From positions 4,916-68,915 of the forward strand of contig JAPKCS010000002.1 in NCBI GenBank assembly GCA_028822845.1: a stretch of DNA of 64,000 nt. The letters run 5' to 3'. The stretch comes from Candidatus Poseidoniaceae archaeon. Lineage in GTDB: Archaea; Thermoplasmatota; Poseidoniia; Poseidoniales; Poseidoniaceae. Numbering within the stretch: the first letter of the stretch is position 1; each line of letters starts with the position of its first letter. Position numbers and translations under genes: made by a program. Of this stretch, positions 45,477-55,800 are shown piece after piece. The notes beneath the pieces were generated by a model. It saw only the letters and a program-made list of their open reading frames with translations, was not told the DNA's origin and did not search any database.

Positions 45477-46352
45477 GTTGGCTGTTCGCCAATCGCCTGA
45501 GGCAATGACGACAGCGTCGTCCATGGTGCCGCTGTAAATGTAGGTCCACGCCCAAACCTTTTCGCCATCAACTTCGATTTCCATTAGTGTGCGTTGGAAC
45601 AATGAATCAGCGGAATCAAATCCATAGAAGCCTTCGACGCGGTCAAGCGATTGAAGGCCGAGAAATACATTGCTCAGTTCGTGCACTTCACCCAACACCC
45701 GTCCTTTGGGTTGTGTTAGCATGCCAGGGTAAGCACCCAGGTGATACAGTGTACCGGGAGCATCTGCCTTCCGATGGCCTTTGGTGGTGTGTTGAACTAA
45801 TGTTTCGTAACGAACTTCATCTTGCATCAATGTGCCATAGACAAAGAGATGCTTTACGGGATAAGAATAGTCTAAGTTTTCAATTGCGTTTTTTAAATCT
45901 TCAATTGGAAGTTTTCTTTTATTCAGTCCGCCCTCAATAAGGCTGACATAATACGAAGTGGGGGGCACATACTCGCCTTGTTTGGCAGGTTGAAGTCGAT
46001 AGGTGATGGCTTCAATTGATGACCCATCAGGCAAAAGGACGTTCACAGATGTTCTTCGGTAGGTGTTCGGATGGCCTTCCTTACGATCCATGTTGGCAAT
46101 TGCCTTCTCAGTCAAAGAAAACAGAACACCAGGGACCGCATGACCGCATCCAGCAGGGACCACATCTGCAGCCCCGCCTTCCCTTCGGAACGACCGATAG
46201 TGAAATTTCAATCGATGATCGGGCAACCAGCACGGTCCAAGTTCGACAACGCCGGACGGATCAACGCCTTTTTCCTCACACCAGATGTTCCAATCATCGA
46301 TGTCAAGGTTGGAGCCGTATCCAAAATACAGGGTCAAGTTATCTTCCGCCAT
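45471..46352 (-). CDS. Tandem gamma-glutamylcyclotransferase (GGCT/AIG2-like) domain protein
   Basis: YFGYGSNL...MDRKEG and LFVYGTLM...LDRVEG...SGDW. Confidence 0.85.
   Translation of the reverse strand: MAEDNLTLYFGYGSNLDIDDWNIWCEEKGVDPSGVVELGPCWLPDHRLKFHYRSFRREGGAADVVPAGCGHAVPGVLFSLTEKAIANMDRKEGHPNTYRRTSVNVLLPDGSSIEAITYRLQPAKQGEYVPPTSYYVSLIEGGLNKRKLPIEDLKNAIENLDYSYPVKHLFVYGTLMQDEVRYETLVQHTTKGHRKADAPGTLYHLGAYPGMLTQPKGRVLGEVHELSNVFLGLQSLDRVEGFYGFDSADSLFQRTLMEIEVDGEKVWAWTYIYSGTMDDAVVIASGDWRTANS
45881..45907. repeat. Paired AATT-palindrome site F (in GGCT interdomain region)
   Basis: CAATTG-CGTTTTTTAAATCTT-CAATTG, 21-bp period. Confidence 0.55.
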
Positions 46353-46391
46353 CAAAGTTAGAAGCCCTCAACGGTATATCAAACCGTTCGC

Positions 46392-47684
46392 TCAGCCCCA
46401 TTGACAAGGTTCGAGAACGGTTTGTCCGCCCATCAATGGTTGAAGGACTTCAGGTACATTCACTCGTCCATCTTCTCGTTGGTTTTGTTCCATGATCGCG
46501 ACCAAGGCCCGAGAAGTGGCGACTGCGGTCGAATTTAGGGTGTGTGCAATTGGCTGGGCTGCGTGACCAGGTTGGCCATAGCGGATCTGCAATCGGTTGG
46601 CTTGGTAATCTGTGCAGTTCGAACACGATACAATTTCTTTGTACTGATGTGCACCAGGAATCCATGCCTCAAGGTCGTACTTACGAGCTGCGACCGTCCC
46701 CATGTCTCCCGTACAGATGTTGACCACTTCGTAATGCATCCCAAGAGCGTCCCACAAATCGACGCAATTCTTCAGCAGTTCTTCCTGCAATGCCCACGAT
46801 TGTTCTGGCTTTGCGATGATGATCTGTTCGATTTTGGTGAATTGGTGGACTCGCCAGATGCCCATGTCCGATTGGCCATGCGATCCGACTTCCCTGCGGA
46901 AGCACGGTGATACACCGACGATACGAAGGGGAAGGTCTGCCTCAGGAATTGTTTCATTCATGAACATCGCAGTCAAGGGGTGTTCTGCCGTTGCGATCAT
47001 GTAGAAGTTGTCTGGCTCCACACCGTACATCACTGTTTCAAAATCTGCGAGGTCTGTGACGCCTTCATACGCCTCTCGGTTCATCATGAGGGGTGGTTGA
47101 ACGAAGGTGTAACCCCGTGCACGGATAAAGTCAACAGCGTACTGCTGAAGGGCGAGTTCTAACCTCGCAAGGTCTCCTTTGAGAAAGAAGAAACGACTGC
47201 CTGCAATCTTAGCTGCACGCTTGAGGTCGACCCATTTATTCATCTCAATGAGTTCATTATGAGTTCGTGCCTCAAAGGTGAACTCCGGTTTTACCCCATG
47301 CACGCTGTGGACGGTGTTGCCAGATTCATCAGCCCCTTCTGGGACATCTTCGTGGAGGATGTTTGGGATGCGCATTCGGAGGCGATCTCGCTCTGCTACC
47401 GCTTCCTCAGTTTGTTTTTCAAGCTCGGTAATTTGAGCCCCTAAGTCAGCCACCTCTGCCAGTATTCGTTGTGCAGCGGCTTGATCACCTGATTTCTTTG
47501 CCGCTCCAATACCACGTGCAGCAGCGTTCTTTGTCGCACGAAGTTGGTTTGTCTCGTGTTGAAGGTTGATCCATGTTTGATCTAATTCAATGACACTGTC
47601 GATGTGATTGTGGGGGATGCCACGCTTGTCGTGGTCCTTTCGGATCACTTCTGGAGTTGTTCTGAACATGTTGATGTCGAGCAT
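46392..47684 (-). CDS. serS: Serine--tRNA ligase
   Basis: MLDI, IATAEHP, CFRRE, RVHQFTKIEQ, SCSNCTDYQA, HTLNST. Confidence 0.97.
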   Translation of the reverse strand: MLDINMFRTTPEVIRKDHDKRGIPHNHIDSVIELDQTWINLQHETNQLRATKNAAARGIGAAKKSGDQAAAQRILAEVADLGAQITELEKQTEEAVAERDRLRMRIPNILHEDVPEGADESGNTVHSVHGVKPEFTFEARTHNELIEMNKWVDLKRAAKIAGSRFFFLKGDLARLELALQQYAVDFIRARGYTFVQPPLMMNREAYEGVTDLADFETVMYGVEPDNFYMIATAEHPLTAMFMNETIPEADLPLRIVGVSPCFRREVGSHGQSDMGIWRVHQFTKIEQIIIAKPEQSWALQEELLKNCVDLWDALGMHYEVVNICTGDMGTVAARKYDLEAWIPGAHQYKEIVSCSNCTDYQANRLQIRYGQPGHAAQPIAHTLNSTAVATSRALVAIMEQNQREDGRVNVPEVLQPLMGGQTVLEPCQWG

Positions 47685-47695
47685 ACTAAATCACC

Positions 47696-49900
47696 TCAGA
47701 ACGAAATTCCAAATTCAAAAATAGCTGAACCAACGAAGATGTAGCCGCCGATGATGTAGCCGAGGATCGAACCACCATTGAGGAGCGGTAGCCCAGCTTG
47801 TGCCTTGCCACGGGCGACATAGGTCATCAGTGCAAAATAGCCGAAGATACCACCGATGAGGGTGGAAATGGCCACGGCGAAAGCACCGCTATGGTCAAGC
47901 CACTGCGCAGCGGAAAGGACCAGCATGCCAGGGAAAATGACATCGCCAAGACCCATGAACATAGCATTCTTGCCCTTCTTCTTTTTCTTCGGGGCGTTCT
48001 TACCCGGAGGAGCGGGAGGTGCGTTCTTGTCTCGCATTGTTGTGGTCTCTTCAACAAAGGAGTAGCCCTTTTCCTGAGGTGCAACAAGAAGGATTGGAAG
48101 CCGCAAATTGATCATGGTATCCGCTAAATCGAGCATGTGCTTTGATTTGTACACTGCCCAAGCATCATAAATTGCTGCAGCGATCATGAACACGATGATC
48201 AGGGTCGGTACAAACGCCACTCCAAGCATCACGATGACACCAGAACCAACGAGGACACCGACGGTGTTGACGACGTACCATTCGCTGTGGAGGTACAAGA
48301 GAACCATCAGCACAAGTGCGACAAGAACACCAAGGATTAGCGGTGCATCGTACATTTGAAGTCCACTCACAACATCCATATCTGGCGTAATCACGCCCGT
48401 TTCTACTGAAACAAGCCCGTTCTCATACATGGCATTGAAATGGGTTGCTCCGTCTTCATCCATGGAAAACCAACCTGTTTGGAAACCGTCTTTGACATCC
48501 AAACTAATTTTATCCAAAAGGGAAGTTGTCCACAACCAATGTGCCTGATCTTGGGTGGTAATGAGCATGTCAGTGTAGCCTGAAGCATCTCGGTCCGAAA
48601 GGCGGACGGATTGGATGGAATCTCCGAAACCAAGCAACTTCATGCCAATTTGTTCGGAGAAGGCGGGGTCAAGGCTTGCGTTCCATTCGAAACCTCTGAC
48701 GTCGCCATTTTCTTCACCTAGGAGGATCAATCCCTCAGTAGAGGATTGATTTTCAAGGGTTGATTCCGACCACGGTGAGAGCCCAAAGTCAGCTGAAGTG
48801 ATGTTGCTCGTAGCGTTGTGTTGGAACAACACGGTTGCGAAGTTGTTGACTTCAGGGAAGTTTGGATCGAAGGCTGGTGCTGTTTCCTCGAGCAAGATTA
48901 CAACGGCCATGTCCGGAGTGGCAATCAACACTTTGTCCTCATCGAGGACTTCGGCATGAAGGGTCATAATGTGCGCATCAAGGCCCGTCGGAAGTCGCCA
49001 TGTCGCTTGTTTCACCATCAGTCCAGGGTTGTCTTCAAAGGTGTTGAAGCGGTGAAGGAAACTACCTTCATCAACGATGTATATGGCTCCATTCGTATGG
49101 AAGGCAAGCATGCAAGCTGTACCAATTTCGGGGAGGTATTGCGAGTAGTTTTCCCCGTCTTCATTTGTTGCAAATTCGTGGCATGCGAAGGAATCGATTG
49201 TTTCTCCAGTACCAGCATCGACGTACCACACCCATGCACCGTTGGCAAATGTGAACACATCATCGTCGATCGTGGCTTGAATACGGTCGCCGTCCCCTGC
49301 TGGATAGCGTTCATGGCTGTTGATCCATGCTGGCGTGTCACTGGACATGTTATGGCCTTGGTAGAAGCTGACATTGTCGCCCCATGTACCGGATCCACCC
49401 GTCAATTGGGTCATGAGATGCCCGTCAAGACCTGCATGTCCGAGCAGTGATGCATCATACGTTTCTGTTGTTTCAACAGCATATGGCTCAGAGTCGAGGT
49501 CAATCATGACCATGTGAGCCAATGGAACGGTTGAATACATCAAGGCAAGGGCAAGGACGCCCATGATACCGTATTTGATGACCCAGTCTTTCTTGTATTT
49601 GGCGAGGGCCAAGATACAGGCAGTAAAAATGAAGATCATGACCAATTCAAGAGCGATGTAACGGACTTGTGTGGCACCAGATTCGCCAAATGCATGCAGC
49701 CCAGCCACGTCATACCACGGGCGAATGAACAGAGATATAGCAATGGTTAGGATGAACATCCCCATCATACCGAGCATGGAGACCATCTGCTCCTTCATGA
49801 GGTAAAACAGGCTGTCCTCTCGACGAAGTTCAGCTTGAACCGCCTCGAATTCTTTTGACACCTTTTTCGAGGGGGCGGAGGGCATCTTTTCTTCGCTCAT
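47696..49900 (-). CDS. Presenilin/signal-peptide-peptidase-like GxGD intramembrane aspartyl protease with large soluble insertion
   Basis: AIYDAWAVYKSKHM..LA, MGLGDVIFP, QAGLPLLN; roughly 380-aa acidic non-membrane insert in the N-terminal TM region. Confidence 0.88.
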   Translation of the reverse strand: MSEEKMPSAPSKKVSKEFEAVQAELRREDSLFYLMKEQMVSMLGMMGMFILTIAISLFIRPWYDVAGLHAFGESGATQVRYIALELVMIFIFTACILALAKYKKDWVIKYGIMGVLALALMYSTVPLAHMVMIDLDSEPYAVETTETYDASLLGHAGLDGHLMTQLTGGSGTWGDNVSFYQGHNMSSDTPAWINSHERYPAGDGDRIQATIDDDVFTFANGAWVWYVDAGTGETIDSFACHEFATNEDGENYSQYLPEIGTACMLAFHTNGAIYIVDEGSFLHRFNTFEDNPGLMVKQATWRLPTGLDAHIMTLHAEVLDEDKVLIATPDMAVVILLEETAPAFDPNFPEVNNFATVLFQHNATSNITSADFGLSPWSESTLENQSSTEGLILLGEENGDVRGFEWNASLDPAFSEQIGMKLLGFGDSIQSVRLSDRDASGYTDMLITTQDQAHWLWTTSLLDKISLDVKDGFQTGWFSMDEDGATHFNAMYENGLVSVETGVITPDMDVVSGLQMYDAPLILGVLVALVLMVLLYLHSEWYVVNTVGVLVGSGVIVMLGVAFVPTLIIVFMIAAAIYDAWAVYKSKHMLDLADTMINLRLPILLVAPQEKGYSFVEETTTMRDKNAPPAPPGKNAPKKKKKGKNAMFMGLGDVIFPGMLVLSAAQWLDHSGAFAVAISTLIGGIFGYFALMTYVARGKAQAGLPLLNGGSILGYIIGGYIFVGSAIFEFGISF

Positions 49901-50036
49901 GTTAACTCGGAGTTCGCGTTTGCATATCAGTATGGTGTATCTCAACGCCCCCTACGGGGGCGGATAAACTGCTTGTCAAGACAAGGCAAGAGGCTATTCA
50001 CCAAAGGCGGCGTCGAGCAACAGGAGGGGGTTTGGA

Positions 50037-51326
50037 TTGAGCGATGCAAGGGTTTGGCTCGAAGCCACAAAAAAGCGAGGTATGGCGCTTGGTCTTAAGC
50101 ACACAAAGACCGTCCTGGATCGCCTTCAATTGGCCCACCGGCCTGCGCATATCCTCCATGTTGCAGGCAGCAACGGAAAGGGCACAGTATGCGCTTTGAT
50201 GGCAGGTTCGCTGACAATTTCGAACATCTCGAACCTGCTCTTCACTTCACCTCATTTGATTCGAGTGGAGGAACGGATTCGGGTGAACGGTGTTCCTGTT
50301 GGTTCAGAACAGTTTGAAAGAGCCCTCCTCGCAGTTCATGACGCATCGATTGTTCACCCTGAAGTTCGCTTGACCTTTTTCGAAGTCACCTACCTAGCAG
50401 CGATGCATTGCGCCAGCGATTCTGGCGTCGAAGTCCTGATTCTAGAAACAGGATTGGGTGGACGAAAAGATGCCACAAGGTCGGGTCCAGCAACAGCATC
50501 GCTGGTGACGGCGATCAGCACGGAGCACCGTGATATTCTGGGCGGTGACTTGGCCCAAATTGCTCGAGAAAAGGTGGCGATTGCTCGACCTGGCTGCCCG
50601 ATCCTTCTCCGAAAACCTCAGGATGCATTGGTTGAACAAGCCATGCGTGGCGAAGTGGCCATGGCAGGCCAAACCGAACTTGGAGAAACCCCTGGAAAGG
50701 CGTTTGAGACCTTTGTTGCAATCGACGCATCAACATCGGTACGCAGGGAGGCTCTGGTGTTGGCAGATGCGCTGTTTGCTGCTGTTGGCTTACCGACAGA
50801 AGGCTTGGAGAAAGCCTACTCTCAAGTCAATTGGCCTGCCCGCTTCCAAGACATCTCTTCACACTCATCTGGTTCTCATCCCTACCTGTTGGACGCAGCG
50901 CATAATCCATCAGGGTTGCAACGGGTCCTTGCCCAATTGGAACAGCGCATCAAAGTTGCATCGGAGGCGGAAGGGCAAGGTTGGAGTCTCCTTTTCGGCA
51001 CTTCACCTCAACATGATCTTGCTTCTTTTTGCCAACCTTTGATGACCCTTTGTGCACGTTATCCACCTCGACAAATTGTCCTCACTGAGCCGCAAGGCGG
51101 TCGGTACCCTGCAGTTTCGAATGCTACTTTGCACGCACTGACATGGCCTTGCAGCACTGTGACTCCAATCGCCCTACCAAGCGATGCAGTCGAGCACTTC
51201 TCAACCCAAGCCCCAGAGAATGTTGGGTTAATCATCAGCCTCGGTTCCCTGTACATGCAAGGGAATCTGCTTGAATGCTTTGGGCACACCAGCGATGAAC
51301 ACCTGTCGTTGCTGGCGAAGCAATGA
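50037..51326 (+). CDS. folC: Folylpolyglutamate/dihydrofolate synthase
   Basis: HVAGSNGKG, FTSPHL..VEERI, TFFE, ETGLGGRKDAT, WPARF, LDAAHNP. Confidence 0.9.
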   Translation: MSDARVWLEATKKRGMALGLKHTKTVLDRLQLAHRPAHILHVAGSNGKGTVCALMAGSLTISNISNLLFTSPHLIRVEERIRVNGVPVGSEQFERALLAVHDASIVHPEVRLTFFEVTYLAAMHCASDSGVEVLILETGLGGRKDATRSGPATASLVTAISTEHRDILGGDLAQIAREKVAIARPGCPILLRKPQDALVEQAMRGEVAMAGQTELGETPGKAFETFVAIDASTSVRREALVLADALFAAVGLPTEGLEKAYSQVNWPARFQDISSHSSGSHPYLLDAAHNPSGLQRVLAQLEQRIKVASEAEGQGWSLLFGTSPQHDLASFCQPLMTLCARYPPRQIVLTEPQGGRYPAVSNATLHALTWPCSTVTPIALPSDAVEHFSTQAPENVGLIISLGSLYMQGNLLECFGHTSDEHLSLLAKQ

Positions 51327-51360
51327 TAGCAAGCACCGCTGTGTGCGGGTTGGTGAGCCA

Positions 51361-51810
51361 ATGAGCAACAAGTGGGATCAGCGTTTTATTGACCTTGCTA
51401 AGCACCTCTCCGGATGGAGCAAAGATCCATCCACAAAGGTTGGTTGTGTTGTCGTCGGTGAAGATCGAGAAATCCGTTCGACTGGCTTCAATGGCTTCCC
51501 GCGTGGGATCAGCGATGATAACGAACGCTTGACCAACCGAGAAAAAAAGTATCCATTGATCTGCCACGCTGAAGAAAACGCCATCATGCATGCTGCGCGC
51601 ATCGGGGTTTCGCTCAAAGGCAGCAGTGCTTTTGTGACGTGGCCTCCATGTTCCAGATGCGCTCGCTCACTTATTCAAGCAGGAATCAGAGAGGTCGTGT
51701 ATCCAACACCAGAGAACATTCCTGAACGCTGGTTGGATGATTTCGAAACTTCGAATGGTATGCTCTTAGAAGCAGGTTTGGTCGTTCGAACAGTCGACCA
51801 AGCGGTCTGA
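51361..51810 (+). CDS. dCMP deaminase family protein
   Basis: SKDPSTKVG, TGFNGFPRG, HAEENA, PCSRC. Confidence 0.92.
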   Translation: MSNKWDQRFIDLAKHLSGWSKDPSTKVGCVVVGEDREIRSTGFNGFPRGISDDNERLTNREKKYPLICHAEENAIMHAARIGVSLKGSSAFVTWPPCSRCARSLIQAGIREVVYPTPENIPERWLDDFETSNGMLLEAGLVVRTVDQAV

Positions 51811-51857
51811 ACCCCTCCAACCGAGGGTTTCATGCACCCATAGCCAAACGTCCTGCT

Positions 51858-52808
51858 ATGTGGGGTTATACGCGGGTGCTGTGCCTCACCGCCCTGCTGC
51901 TGATGTCCGGTTGTGTCACACCCACTGTGCCTCTTGACAGGGTGGAAGACGACACACCAATGGTGGATGAAGATGCATGCAATGGCTTGGTCGTCTTGTG
52001 CGCTCGAATGTATGATGAAGTCACCTTCCCTGAAACCCACAATGCCTTTTCGACCCACGATGACGGAATTTTCTATCCAGCTGCGAACCATCAAACCGGT
52101 TTGCTGGCCCAATGGAACGCTGGAATGAGAGCGTTCATGATCGATACCCATTACGAAACCCTTGGCGATGAACGCGTTGAAACTGTCCGTCTCTGCCATG
52201 GCGATGATGATCGTGGCTTCAGTCCCTGCACCTATGGAAATGTAGACGCTGAGTCTTGGTTGAGCCAACTGAAAGGACTGATGGACGGCTCACCAAACGA
52301 TGTTGTCACCTTGCTTGTTGAGAACTATGTTCAACCAGATCACCTTCAAGTCGTGTTTGAAAATGCAGCAATGTACGACCGTGCGTTTGTTCATTCCATG
52401 AACGACCCTTGGCCAACGCTGGGCGAATTGATCGCTGATCAGACACCGCTTGTTGTGTTCTGGGAACAAGGGCCCGATTTGGCTCATCCTTGGATTCATG
52501 ACTTCCTTACCCACAGTTGGACCACCAATTTCGCAGAGGAGAACACTGAGGACATGAACTGCGACCCACTTCGTGGTGATCCGGAGCAAGAAGTCTATCA
52601 CATGAACAACTGGTTGCGGGGCCCTCTTGGTCTTTCAGATCCAAGCCGTGGTTCTGAAGCAAATGACGTTGACTTCTTGATTGAACGTGCAACTGAATGC
52701 TGGATTCAACATGGAAAGCGCCCAACCTTCATCGCTGTTGACTGGTGGGAAGACGGCGATGTCGTGGCCGCAGCCCTCGCCCTGAATCAAATGGATTCAC
52801 CTGTTTAA
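51858..52808 (+). CDS. Lipoprotein with PI-PLC-like phosphodiesterase domain
   Basis: Lipobox LMSGC; THNAF, Q.NAGMRAFMIDTH, LCHG, NDVVTLLVE, PTFIAVDW. Confidence 0.8.
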   Translation: MWGYTRVLCLTALLLMSGCVTPTVPLDRVEDDTPMVDEDACNGLVVLCARMYDEVTFPETHNAFSTHDDGIFYPAANHQTGLLAQWNAGMRAFMIDTHYETLGDERVETVRLCHGDDDRGFSPCTYGNVDAESWLSQLKGLMDGSPNDVVTLLVENYVQPDHLQVVFENAAMYDRAFVHSMNDPWPTLGELIADQTPLVVFWEQGPDLAHPWIHDFLTHSWTTNFAEENTEDMNCDPLRGDPEQEVYHMNNWLRGPLGLSDPSRGSEANDVDFLIERATECWIQHGKRPTFIAVDWWEDGDVVAAALALNQMDSPV

Positions 52809-55800
52809 GCCCAAAACCTGCGGGTTCGGGCGTATTCGATTTCAGCGTTGTGAATGGCTTCCAGCAACCCTTCCATGTTGTTGCGCTGGACCTTTCGTAA
52901 CAAGCGTTGAGCGGTTGCTTCACCCACGCCTCTGCCCATCAAACAAACCACCGCTTCATAGCCTCGATTTTGAACAATAGCTGCGTTTTTCATCATTCGC
53001 CCCTGATCTTTTTCATCTTCCGATGCAACCCATCCTTCGAGCATGCTCTGCATGCCTTCTCGGGCGCATGCAAGCATGGTGCCGGAACACTTTGAGCATC
53101 GTTTGATGTCCTTTATTTCATTGAATCGAGCCACTCGGAACCTTCGAATGTTCTTGCATCGAAGGCAGCATAGGACTGCACGTTCATTGACCAGGCGAGT
53201 TTTCAATTTTTCACGAACGGCGGCGTTGTCCCAATTGGGCAGCAGTAAATCCCTGCTTGAACGGTTGGAAACGCCCATTGGGCCGCTCGCCGATACTTCG
53301 AGCACAATCAAGCCTGTTTGAATGGCGTGCAACACATCGCGTGCTCCGAGAACATCCATGCGTTCGTGGAATAATTTGTCGAGCACTTCCTCCATGACGA
53401 CGGTGCCACGGTACTTTCGAAGCAAGGCTTGAAGGTTGATTTTCCGGGGGTCAACACCATGCCTCAGGATGCCAAACGTCTTGGCCACTTGGGCAAACCT
53501 CCAACGGACCTGCCTTGAATTTGGCAATGTTACGCTCAGCAGACCTTGCAATGCATCAGGCGGTGTTTCTTTCAGCCATCCTATGATGTGTTCAGCATGT
53601 ATGTCGCCAGTTTGCAGGCTGATTCGGGTTGGTTCATTGACCAAACGCCCCCACTTTCCCGTTTTGGTCGAAGCCATTGCCATGAGGAAATGGCCAAGCG
53701 CTTCATTGATTCGAGAACCGTGGCAGGAGTTGATGACGATTGCATCATCGCGTTCCTCAATGGTCATTTTCCGGTCGGTCGCTAGCACGCCTGTGGCTTC
53801 AAGATGGTTGGTAATCGTTTCAGCCATCATGCCCAATGCTTCGTCATCGATGGGGTGTTCTTGAAGGGTTGAATTCCGGCCCGCAAAGAGTGCATTGACG
53901 TCAATCGCATCCGATGTGTCCTCGAGGTCCGATTCGTACAAACCGAGGTCTTCTGCGACCAAATGCCGCAAGCGTCCAATGTCCCTAGCGATGGCTTTTG
54001 GGACCGGCGGTAATTCGCCAACCCATTGAGGGGCATTGGCTTGGTCAGAAACTGGCGTGACAAGAAGTTCTGACTGTTCGGGGTCAGCATCAATGATCAT
54101 CCATGTGCGCCCCGCCATGACAAATTGTCTTCGGTGCCCATCGTCGTCTTCACCGCTGTCATTGAGGGACAGAACAAACGCCTCGTCGACGTTTCCAAGG
54201 GTCCGACGCGTGACGGCATCCCGGACTCGGTAGGATTGCTTATCGGGGATCATCGAGAGGTGATTGCTCACCCATTGGCGCGTACGACCTGCGGTTGAGA
54301 ACCATCCCTTGGCGAACAGTTCGGGAACAGGAACCTCGAGGGATTTGATTTCCTTTGAAATTTCTTCTTCAGGGACATTGTACCTGGGGCGCTCTTCCGG
54401 TAAGGTCAATTTTTTGGCCAGGGCTTCGGCTTGAGCGAGCGCGTAGACCTTTGCAGGCCACCTGTACCATGGGACTTCCTTTGGATCGGGTGTGTGGCGG
54501 ATGATCCAACTGTCAGCGAGAACCTTGAGGATTGCTTCGGTGTCATGGCGGTTCCAACCTTGGAATTGACTGGCATTGCCAATGATTTCAGTTGCCGTAT
54601 CGATGGGAACAGCATTGTGAGAGTGGGCCATCAAGACCAGTTGATTGGCAACCACGGTTTTTGGACGGTCGCGCCATTCCACAGGTTCGATTTCGCCAAA
54701 AATGGCTCGGCGAGCAACAACGGCTCCTTCGGCGATTTCATCAGCATCCCAGGCGAGCAAATGACCACGGCCGACACCACCTAATCGGTGATCTGCTCGT
54801 CCAACCCGTTGCAACATTCGGTCAACAGAGCGAGGGCTTTTGACTTGGATAATGCGTTGAATCTTTCCAACATCGATTCCAAGTTCAAGGCTTGATGTGC
54901 ACACCAGTCCGGCAAGATCACCTGCTCTTAACCGGTCTTCCATGTCTTGGCGTGTCTCGGCTGCAAGTGAACCATGGTGAACCCCAATTTGGACATCAGG
55001 AGCCATTGTTTGGAGTCTGTTCGCGATGGTTTCAGCATCGTTTCTGCTGTTGACGAACACCAAACACGGAGGTTCGGTTCGAAGAACTTGAATCAAGCGT
55101 CGGAAACTGGCGTGAACCCGTGGCGTGACGCCGAGTTCGATCCCACCGACTTCGTCTTCAGCAAGCGGTTGAGCGCATTCAACGGTGATTTCTGTGCTGC
55201 GGTCTCCCATTGCGATGATGGCTTCTCCTCGTTTAGGGGAAAGCCATTTGGCAACAGCTTCAGGATTCCCAACCGTTGCTGAAAGTCCAATACGTTGTAC
55301 GGTTCGTCCGGAAAGTGCCTCCAATCGAGCAAGACCGAGGGACAATTGCCAACCCCGTTCACTGGCAGCCAAATCATGCACTTCGTCGATGATGACAGCA
55401 CGGACGCTTCCCAACAGTTTTCGCAGGTTTTTCCCTGTGAACATCAATTGGAATGTCTCAGGAGTGGTGACAAGCAAGTGCGGTGGTTTCCGGGTCTGCC
55501 TCGCTCGTTCGCTTTGAGTCGTGTCGCCGTGACGCAACCCAATTTTGAGGCCAACAGCACCGGCGATTTCTTCCAGTCTTCGGTCAACGTCTCGGTTGAG
55601 TGCTCGCAACGGCGTGATGTAGAGAATAGCCAACGGATCCCATGCTTCACTTAGGCAGCGATGGAGCATAGGTAGGACGGCTGTAAGGGTCTTTCCAGAG
55701 CCTGTTGGTGCGACAATGATGCGGTCTTCGCCTGCGCACAATTCTGGTAAAGCTGCTGTTTGAACGGGTGTCGGTACCCAACCACGCTCTTCGAGGGAAT

